Shown piece after piece: positions 57,256 to 64,000 of a stretch of DNA of 64,000 bases. Both the position numbers and the translations under genes were made by a program. Source of the DNA: Syntrophales bacterium (GTDB lineage: Bacteria; Desulfobacterota; Syntrophia; Syntrophales; PHBD01); assembly GCA_035363115.1 (NCBI GenBank), contig DAOSEM010000006.1:16244-80243 (forward strand), in the 5' to 3' direction. The notes below the pieces were generated by a model. The model did no database searches. It was not told where the DNA came from and was given only the letters and a program-made list of their open reading frames with translations. Numbering within the stretch: position 1 is the first letter of the stretch; every line of letters starts with the position of its first letter.

Positions 57256-57423
57256 GAGGTCGACAGGAACAAAATTCTCTCCAGGACCCCGGTAGGGCTG
57301 TGTTCGGTGACGGTCGATCCGTCCCGCCCGAACCGGAAGGACCCGATTGAGAGAATCGTTCCTCTTCTGTATAATGCAGCCCGACCCAAGGTCGAATCAT
57401 TCGATAAAGGGAGAGCGCACTTC

Positions 57424-58128
57424 ATGGCGGCACGGATCCTCATCGCCGATGATGAAAAAGACATCGTGGAACTGATCGCCTTCAACCTGGAGAAGGAGGG
57501 GTTTCCGGTCCTGAAAGCCTACGACGGCGAGACCGCCCTGGAGCTCGCCCGGAGCGGAAGGCCGGACCTGCTTCTCCTGGACCTGATGCTGCCGGGCATT
57601 CCGGGGCTCGATCTCTGCCGGATCCTTCGAAAAGACCCCCGCACGGCATCCCTTCCCATCATCATGGTCACCGCCAAGGGCGAGGAAATGGACCGGGTGC
57701 TGGGCCTGGAGATGGGGGCCGACGACTACGTGACGAAACCCTTCAGCGTCCGGGAGCTCGCCGCCCGGGTCCGGGCCGTCCTCCGCCGGCGGACGGATCA
57801 GGAAAAAACGCCGGAAGAGATCATCGAAGGCGGCCCGCTCCGAGTCAACCTGTCCACCTGCGAGGTTTTTGTCGGCGGCCGCCGGGTGGAGCTGAGCGCC
57901 AAGGAACTCCGGCTTCTCGCCTTCCTCGCCCGCCGGCCCGGCCGGGTCTACACCCGGGAACAGATCCTGGACCAGGTCTGGGGAGACGAGGTCTACGTCG
58001 AGCCCCGCACCGTGGACGTCCACATCAAGCGCCTGCGCGCCCGCATCGAGGAAAATCCGGAAAAGCCGCGGCTGATCCAGACGGTCCGGGGGATCGGATA
58101 CCGCCTGGCCGACGGTGTCCCGGAATAG
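57424..58128 (+). CDS. phoB: Phosphate regulon response regulator (OmpR/PhoB family)
   Basis: ATG at 57424 (MAARILIADDE). REC motifs DLLLLDLMLPG and VTAKG, and a winged-helix C-terminus RTVDVHIKRLR...IQTVRGIGYRL. It is adjacent to pstSCAB-phoU-phoR. Confidence 0.9.
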   Translation: MAARILIADDEKDIVELIAFNLEKEGFPVLKAYDGETALELARSGRPDLLLLDLMLPGIPGLDLCRILRKDPRTASLPIIMVTAKGEEMDRVLGLEMGADDYVTKPFSVRELAARVRAVLRRRTDQEKTPEEIIEGGPLRVNLSTCEVFVGGRRVELSAKELRLLAFLARRPGRVYTREQILDQVWGDEVYVEPRTVDVHIKRLRARIEENPEKPRLIQTVRGIGYRLADGVPE

Positions 58129-58135
58129 GATCCAG

Positions 58136-58190
58136 ACGTCACCTATCTTTCATCGCGCTGTCATCCTCCTGTAACAATGTTCCCATAGAT
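58136..58190 (+). promoter_or_regulatory. Double Pho box plus -10 upstream of pstS
   Basis: ACGTCAC ctat CTTTCAT cgcg CTGTCAT cctc CTGTAAC aatgttcc CATAGAT. CTGTCATcctcCTGTAAC fits the 7-4-7 Pho-box consensus. Confidence 0.72.
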
Positions 58191-58219
58191 TGCCCCCATC
58201 AACCATGAAGGAGGACATC

Positions 58220-59068
58220 ATGAACATCCGGAAAGCGGCAGCCCTGGCGATCGTGTGCTGCCTGGTCGCGGCAGCACCCGTACTCGCCGCGGAGAACATC
58301 GTCATCAAGGGATCCACCACGGTCCTGCCCATCGCTCAGAGGGCTCTGGAAACCTACATGAAGGCCCATCCCGGGGTACAGATCTCCCTGTCGGGCGGCG
58401 GCTCCGGGGAAGGCATCAAGGCCATCGTCGACAAGACGGCGGACATCGGGAACTCCTCCCGGGAGATCAAGAAGGAGGAGATCGCCCTGGCCGCAAAGAA
58501 GGGCGTCCAGCCCGTCGCCCACGTGGTCGCCTTCGACGCCCTCGTGCCTGTCGTTCACCCGTCAAACCCGGTCCAGGGCCTGACCGTCGAGCAGCTAAGC
58601 CTGATCTACCAGGGAAAGATCACCAACTGGAAGGAAGTGGGCGGCAAGGACATGCGGATCGTCGCCATCTCCCGCGACTCCTCGTCGGGAACCTTCGAGT
58701 CCTGGGATCATTTCGTCATGAAGAAGGCCAAGGTCTCCCCCCGGGCCCAGATGCTGGCCTCCAACGGCGCCGTCTACACCGCCGTCTCGAAGAACCGTTA
58801 CAGCATCGGCTACCTCGGGATGGGCTACGTGAAGAAGGGGGTGAAGGCCCTCGCGGTGGCGGGCGTCCAGGCAACCCCGGAGACGGCCCTCTCAAGGCAG
58901 TACCCCATGTCCAGGGAGCTCTACATGTACACCAACGGCGAGCCTGCGGGTGAGACGGCAAAGTTCATTGCCTTCATCAAGAGCCCGACGGGCCAGAAGA
59001 TCGTGGCTGGCGAGGGTTTCGTGCCGATCCAGGGAGCCGCCCCGGCCGGGAAGGGCAAAAAGAAATAG
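58220..59068 (+). CDS. pstS: Phosphate ABC transporter substrate-binding protein
   Basis: ATG at 58220 lies 5 nt after AGGAGG. The signal peptide is followed by IVIKGSTTVLP...SGGGSGEGI...SRDSSSGT. Confidence 0.9.
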   Translation: MNIRKAAALAIVCCLVAAAPVLAAENIVIKGSTTVLPIAQRALETYMKAHPGVQISLSGGGSGEGIKAIVDKTADIGNSSREIKKEEIALAAKKGVQPVAHVVAFDALVPVVHPSNPVQGLTVEQLSLIYQGKITNWKEVGGKDMRIVAISRDSSSGTFESWDHFVMKKAKVSPRAQMLASNGAVYTAVSKNRYSIGYLGMGYVKKGVKALAVAGVQATPETALSRQYPMSRELYMYTNGEPAGETAKFIAFIKSPTGQKIVAGEGFVPIQGAAPAGKGKKK

Positions 59069-59083
59069 AGCAGGAAAGAAACG

Positions 59084-59971
59084 ATGAACCGGAAACAGAA
59101 GGAGGCCGCCATCCGGGCGGTCTTCTTTTCCTTCGCCCTCATATCGATCCTGATCCTGGGACTGATCGTCGTGTCCCTCTTCCGGGAGGGACTGCCCATC
59201 TTCAAGCAGGTGTCCGTGAAGGACTTCCTCTTCGGAATGGAGTGGTATCCGACGTACGATCCGCCCTCCTTCGGGATCTGGCCGCTGATCGTCGGTTCCG
59301 TCATCGTGACGGTCCTGGCGACGATCATCGCCATTCCCGTGGGGATCCTGACGGCCGTATACATCGCCGAGGTGGCGCCCGGCCTCGTCAAGGACGTCTT
59401 CAAGTCCATCATCGAGCTTCTGGCGGGGCTTCCCTCGGTGGTCCTGGGCTTCTTCGGCATGGTCGTGGTGGCGCCCTGGCTCCAGGACACCTTCGACCTG
59501 CCCACGGGGCTCAACATCATCAATGCTTCCATGATCCTCGCCCTGATGGCGGTCCCCACCATCGCGAGCATCTCCGAGGACGCCCTGTACGCCGTCCCCC
59601 GTGAATACAAGGAGGCTTCCTACGCCCTCGGGGCGACGACCCATGAGACCATCCTCCGGGTGGTCATCCCGTCGGCCCTCTCGGGGATCTCAACGGCGGT
59701 CATCCTCGGGATGTCCCGGGCCATCGGGGAGACCATGGTAGTGCTGATGGTCGCCGGTGGCGCCGCCGCCATCCCGGAGAGCCTCTTCGATTCGGTCCGG
59801 CCGATGCCCGCCAGCATCGCCGCGGAGATGGGCGAGGCGCCGTTCCGGAGCGCCCACTACCAGGCCCTGTTCGCCACGGGCATCGTGCTCTTCTTCATCA
59901 CCCTGGCCTTCAACCTGGTGGCGGATTACATATCCAACAAATTCAAGGAGGTCGGATCGGGAACGCTATGA
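59084..59971 (+). CDS. pstC: Phosphate ABC transporter permease PstC
   Basis: 295 aa with 6 TM helices. [26 protein letters not shown] is the EAA loop. Confidence 0.92.
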   Translation: MNRKQKEAAIRAVFFSFALISILILGLIVVSLFREGLPIFKQVSVKDFLFGMEWYPTYDPPSFGIWPLIVGSVIVTVLATIIAIPVGILTAVYIAEVAPGLVKDVFKSIIELLAGLPSVVLGFFGMVVVAPWLQDTFDLPTGLNIINASMILALMAVPTIASISEDALYAVPREYKEASYALGATTHETILRVVIPSALSGISTAVILGMSRAIGETMVVLMVAGGAAAIPESLFDSVRPMPASIAAEMGEAPFRSAHYQALFATGIVLFFITLAFNLVADYISNKFKEVGSGTL

Positions 59972-60837
59972 CCACGTCCTCCCTCCGGTATCGATACGTC
60001 AAGCAGCATGTCTTTTTCGGGCTCGTCCGCCTGTCGGCCTTCGTCCTCGCCCTCGCCCTGTGCGGCATCCTGGCCTACATCGTCGTTCACGGGATCGGGG
60101 CGCTGAGCTGGGAGTTCATCACCCAGCCCCCCCGGGACGCCATGACGAAGGGCGGGATCATGCCGGCCATCGTCGGGACCTTCTACCTCACCGTCGGCGC
60201 CATCCTGGTGGGGCTTCCGCTGGGGATCGTCTCGGCGGTGTACCTGACCGAATACGCCAAGCAGGGGCCGGTCATCCGGATCATCCGCATCGGCATCAAC
60301 TGCCTCGCGGGAGTGCCGTCGGTCGTCTTCGGCCTCTTCGGCCTCGGCCTCTTCGTGGTCTCCCTCAAGTTCGGGTCCTCCATCCTGGCAGGCTCGCTGA
60401 CCCTGGGATTCCTGATCCTGCCGACGATCATCGGCGCCTCGGAGGAGGCCCTGAAGTCGGTCCCCCAGACGTTCCGGGAGGCGTCGCTGGCACTGGGCGT
60501 GTCGAAGTGGCAGACCATCTGGCGCATCGTCCTGCCGTCGGCCCTGCCGGGTATCCTGACGGGGTCCATCCTCGGCCTCGGCCGGGCGGCCGGCGAGACG
60601 GCGCCCATCATGTTCACGGCGGCGGCCTTCTTTACCGCCAAGCTGCCCTCCTCGATCTTCGACGAGGTCATGGCGCTTCCCTACCACATCTACGTGCTGG
60701 CGACGGCGGGGACCCACATCGAGGAGACGCGGCCCCTCCAGTACGGGACCGTGCTCGTCCTCATCCTCCTTGTCCTCGGGATCGACCTCGTGGCCATCCT
60801 GATCCGGGCGGCCATCCGAAGGAGAAAAAAATGGTAA
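59968..60837 (+). CDS. pstA: Phosphate ABC transporter permease PstA
   Basis: 289 aa. [26 protein letters not shown] is the EAA loop. The ATG overlaps the pstC stop. Confidence 0.92.
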   Translation: MTTSSLRYRYVKQHVFFGLVRLSAFVLALALCGILAYIVVHGIGALSWEFITQPPRDAMTKGGIMPAIVGTFYLTVGAILVGLPLGIVSAVYLTEYAKQGPVIRIIRIGINCLAGVPSVVFGLFGLGLFVVSLKFGSSILAGSLTLGFLILPTIIGASEEALKSVPQTFREASLALGVSKWQTIWRIVLPSALPGILTGSILGLGRAAGETAPIMFTAAAFFTAKLPSSIFDEVMALPYHIYVLATAGTHIEETRPLQYGTVLVLILLVLGIDLVAILIRAAIRRRKKW

Positions 60838-61601
60838 ATCAGGCAGACCGGATCATCATCCGGGCGGAGGACATCAACTTCTACTACGGGTCCTTCAAGG
60901 CCCTGACGGACGTCAGCATGGCCTTCGAAACGAACCGGGTCACGGCCCTTATCGGCCCCTCCGGATGCGGGAAGTCCACGCTGCTCCGGCTCCTCAACCG
61001 GATGAACGACCTCATCGACGGGTCCCGGGTGGAGGGCCGGATCCTCTTCGAGGGCCGGAACATCTACGACCCGGACGTGGATCCCGTGGAGGTCCGCCGC
61101 CGGATCGGCATGGTCTTCCAGAAGCCCAACCCCTTCCCGAAGTCGATCTTCAACAACATCACCTATGGTCCCCGCCTGGCGGGGGTCAGCGGCAAGGGGG
61201 ATCTGGAGGCCCTGGTGGAGCATAGCCTCCGGCAGGCGGTGCTCTGGGACGAAGTGAAGGACATCCTCGGCCAGTCGGCCATGATGCTCTCCGGCGGCCA
61301 GCAGCAACGCCTCTGCATCGCCCGGGCCCTGGCAATGAAGCCGGACATCCTCCTCATGGACGAGCCGACCTCGGCCCTCGACCCCATCTCGACGGCGAGA
61401 ATCGAGGAGTTGATCGAAGAGCTGAAAAAGACGTATACCATCATCATCGTCACGCACAACATGCAGCAGGCGGCCCGCGTCTCGGACTTCACGGGGTTCT
61501 TCTACCTGGGAAAGCTGATCGAGTTCAACGCGACGGAAACGATCTTCACGAAACCCGACGTGAAGCAGACGGAAGACTACATCACCGGCCGGTTCGGCTG
61601 A
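60831..61601 (+). CDS. pstB: Phosphate ABC transporter ATP-binding protein
   Basis: The internal ATG at 60831 lies within the 614-aa track ORF. Motifs are [39 protein letters not shown] and VTHNMQQA. Confidence 0.94.
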   Translation: MVNQADRIIIRAEDINFYYGSFKALTDVSMAFETNRVTALIGPSGCGKSTLLRLLNRMNDLIDGSRVEGRILFEGRNIYDPDVDPVEVRRRIGMVFQKPNPFPKSIFNNITYGPRLAGVSGKGDLEALVEHSLRQAVLWDEVKDILGQSAMMLSGGQQQRLCIARALAMKPDILLMDEPTSALDPISTARIEELIEELKKTYTIIIVTHNMQQAARVSDFTGFFYLGKLIEFNATETIFTKPDVKQTEDYITGRFG

Positions 61602-61617
61602 GAGGAGGAGCGTGGCC

Positions 61618-62313
61618 ATGGAGGAGAAGAGGCACACCAGCACCCATTACGAGCGGGAGCTCCGGGAGGTCAAGGAAGGCCTGCTTTACATCGGGGCCCT
61701 CACGGAGAAGGCCATCGAGCAGGCCATGGGGGCGCTCCTGGAGAGGGATTCCCTGCTGGCCCGCCGGGTCATCGCCGAGGATGACCGGATCGACGCCCTG
61801 GACATGGAGCTGGAGGAGAAATGCATCCGCCTCCTCGCCCTCCGCCAGCCCGCCGCCAAGGACCTGCGCTTCATCACGACGTCCATCAAGATCAACGGCC
61901 ACCTGGAGCGGATCGGCGACATGGCCGTCAACATCGCCCAGAAGGCCATCATTCTCAACGACGAGCCCCAGCTCAAGCCCTACATCGACCTGCCCCGGAT
62001 GGCCGAGATCACCCGGAGGATGATCCAGAAAAGCCTGGACGCACTCGTCCGGGAAGACTGCCCCCTGGCGGAAGAGGTCCGCCAGGAGGAAAGCGCGGTG
62101 GACTGCCTGAACGACCAGATCTTCCGCGAGCTCCTGACCTTCATGATGGAGGACCCCCGGACGATCCACCGGGCGCTCCTGATCATGCAGATCTCCAAGA
62201 ACTTGGAGCGGATCGCCGACCACGCCAAGGGCGTCGCCGACATGGTCATCTACATGGTGACAGGCCAGAGCGTCCGCCACCAGATCCCCCAATGCCCGGA
62301 CCGAAACGGATAA
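61618..62313 (+). CDS. phoU: Phosphate signalling complex protein PhoU
   Basis: Two-repeat helical protein with the ERIGDMAVNIA / ERIADHAKGVA motifs. ATG at 61618 lies 8 nt after GAGGAGGAG. Confidence 0.92.
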   Translation: MEEKRHTSTHYERELREVKEGLLYIGALTEKAIEQAMGALLERDSLLARRVIAEDDRIDALDMELEEKCIRLLALRQPAAKDLRFITTSIKINGHLERIGDMAVNIAQKAIILNDEPQLKPYIDLPRMAEITRRMIQKSLDALVREDCPLAEEVRQEESAVDCLNDQIFRELLTFMMEDPRTIHRALLIMQISKNLERIADHAKGVADMVIYMVTGQSVRHQIPQCPDRNG

Positions 62314-64000
62314 TGAAAAACAGGCTGTTCTTCCGCACGCTTGCATCGTACGTCGTCATCGTCCTGTTGACGTTCGGGATGATTTACGCCCTGCTGAGCC
62401 GGCAGATCCGGGAGACCTCCCTGGAGCGGAACGAGGTGACACTGACGGCCTACGCGCACATCATCGACCTGGGCACACTGTCCCAGGTCGTCCTCCAGGT
62501 GGACGACCTGGCCCGCATCACCGGTGCGCGGGTCACCGTCGTGGACGCCTCGGGAAAGGTCCTGGCGGACTCGGCGAGGCACGATGGAATCATGCAGACC
62601 CACCTGGACCGTCCGGAGATCCAGGAAGCGCGCCTGCGCGGCAAGGGGCGGGCCGTCCGCTACAGCCAGACCTTGGGCGTGGACATGCTCTACGTGGCTT
62701 TCCCGATCAGGGCCGGCGCAGGGGAGACCGGTTTCATCCGCCTCGCCCTGCCCCTCACGGAGGTCCGCACATCCCTCAAAAACCTCCAGGAATCCCTGCT
62801 CGCCACGGGCCTGCTGGCCCTGGCGGCGTCCCTCTTCCTGGCGGCTTTCTTCTCCTGGCGTTTTGCGGCCCCGATCCGGGAGATGGAGCTCTTCACCGAA
62901 CGGCTGCGGCATGGCGAGCTCTCCGGCAACCTGATTGTCCGGGGATCCGACGAGATGAAGCTCCTGGGGGAAAACATCAACCACCTGGTGGAGGAGCTGC
63001 GGGGGCAGGTCGCGGAGCTGCGCGATGAGCGGGCGAAGCTCATTGCCACCTTCGCCGGAATGAGCGAAGGGGTCATGCTCCTGGATGCAGGCGGACGGAT
63101 TGAGGGCTATAACCGGGCGTTCCGTTCCATGATCGCGGAACGCTACGGGGACGTGACCGGCAAGACCCTGATGGAGGCCTTCCGGAACATCGATCTGCAA
63201 AACCTGTTCGAGGAGTTCCGGAAGACAAACGAGCCGCAGACAGGGGAGCTGATCCTGGGGACGCAGCATTCCCTCGTCCTGGATGTCAGCATCGACCCGG
63301 TGCAGGGAGATCCCGGGGAGGAAAAGACGGTCTTCGTCTTCCACGACGTGACGCGGATGAAGCGGCTGGAGCAGATGCGGATCGACTTCGTCGCCAACAT
63401 GGCCCACGAGATCCGCACGCCCCTGACGGCCATCCTGGGATTCGTGGAGACGCTCCGGAGCGGCGACGTGGAAGACCCGGAGCAGGCCGCAAGATTCCTG
63501 GCAATCATCGAGGAGCAGGCCCGGCGGCTGAATCGTCTCCTGGACGACCTGATGACGCTGTCCAACATCGAACTCGGGGAGACACGGTTTTCCTTCGAGG
63601 AGGTTCCCCTCGGCGAGGCCCTGGACCAGATCCTGCCGATGCTGGAAGAGCGGATCCGGCAGAAGCGGCTCACCCTGAATCGGGAAATCCCGCCGGAGAT
63701 GTCTCCCCTGCGGGCCGACCGGGACCGGCTGGTTCAAGCCCTCCTCAACGTCCTGGACAACGCCGTGAAGTTCACGCCGGAGGAGGGAAAGATCCGTATT
63801 TCCGCGGAGACCGACGCCACCGGATGGACGATCGTCCGGATCAGCGACACCGGGATCGGCATCCCCGAGGGTGAAATCAGCCGGATCGGCGAGCGGTTCT
63901 ACCGGGTGGACCGGACCCGCTCCCGGGAGATGGGCGGCACAGGCCTGGGTCTTTCCATCGTCAAGCACATTGTGGCCGCCCACGGCGGCTCCATGCTCAT
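62313..64000 (+). CDS. phoR: Phosphate regulon sensor histidine kinase PhoR (3' end beyond window)
   Basis: My own translation from the ATG at 62313 (TAATG overlap with the phoU stop) reads MKNRLFFRTLASYVVIVLL...HAMP...PAS...FVANMAHEIRTPLTAI...DTGIGIP...GGTGLGLSIVKHIVAAHGGS. It is absent from the ORF track because there is no stop in the window. Confidence 0.9.
   Translation, partial: MKNRLFFRTLASYVVIVLLTFGMIYALLSRQIRETSLERNEVTLTAYAHIIDLGTLSQVVLQVDDLARITGARVTVVDASGKVLADSARHDGIMQTHLDRPEIQEARLRGKGRAVRYSQTLGVDMLYVAFPIRAGAGETGFIRLALPLTEVRTSLKNLQESLLATGLLALAASLFLAAFFSWRFAAPIREMELFTERLRHGELSGNLIVRGSDEMKLLGENINHLVEELRGQVAELRDERAKLIATFAGMSEGVMLLDAGGRIEGYNRAFRSMIAERYGDVTGKTLMEAFRNIDLQNLFEEFRKTNEPQTGELILGTQHSLVLDVSIDPVQGDPGEEKTVFVFHDVTRMKRLEQMRIDFVANMAHEIRTPLTAILGFVETLRSGDVEDPEQAARFLAIIEEQARRLNRLLDDLMTLSNIELGETRFSFEEVPLGEALDQILPMLEERIRQKRLTLNREIPPEMSPLRADRDRLVQALLNVLDNAVKFTPEEGKIRISAETDATGWTIVRISDTGIGIPEGEISRIGERFYRVDRTRSREMGGTGLGLSIVKHIVAAHGGSML

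Overview
GC-rich bacterial chromosomal window with dense coding and many 4-nt ATGA start/stop overlaps. The gene content suggests an anaerobic Desulfobacterota/deltaproteobacterium-like genome, but that taxon guess is inference only. I found no rRNA, tRNA, CRISPR array, integrase, transposase or prophage genes. Positions 1-29.5 kb are ordinary housekeeping: the secA 5' part, an M23 peptidase, two-subunit pyruvate carboxylase, a lytic transglycosylase, a small MCP, comEA, lysC, tsaE, acpS, folP, ftsH, tilS, a HAD phosphatase, recG, purM, purN, pfk, rpmB, a PP-loop ATPase, an SRAP peptidase, an EamA transporter and a GAF adenylate cyclase. A ~120-bp palindromic repeat family is present in three copies. 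Positions ~29.6-64 kb form a dense phosphate-starvation supercluster. It holds a Pit transporter coupled to a membrane four-helix-bundle protein, a hybrid sensor kinase, a second PstS, a PIN-PhoH ATPase, a complete but non-canonical C-P lyase operon (phnCDE-GNAT-phnGHIJKLM-TIM barrel), and phoB-pstSCAB-phoU-phoR. Reading the intergenic DNA by eye, I find the same promoter pattern at seven sites: CTGTCAT-like 7-mers on an exact 11-bp register, then 8-9 nt, then an nnTAnnn element. Two of these sites sit back to back at 43.9-44.0 kb. They flank an uncharacterised unit: an 819-aa protein with no motif I recognise, overlapping or translationally coupled to a phosphatidylserine-decarboxylase-type enzyme, a DksA-like zinc finger and an Lgt-family membrane protein. 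Co-directional downstream genes encode an EAL-CBS-GGDEF protein, DUF3047, a membrane alpha/beta hydrolase and PstS. A HAD-phosphatase/PLC-like phosphodiesterase fusion is transcribed divergently. I consider this the best candidate for an undescribed system, namely phosphate-starvation phospholipid scavenging or remodelling, but the function is inference. All family calls rest on motif recognition in the supplied translations; no database search was possible.
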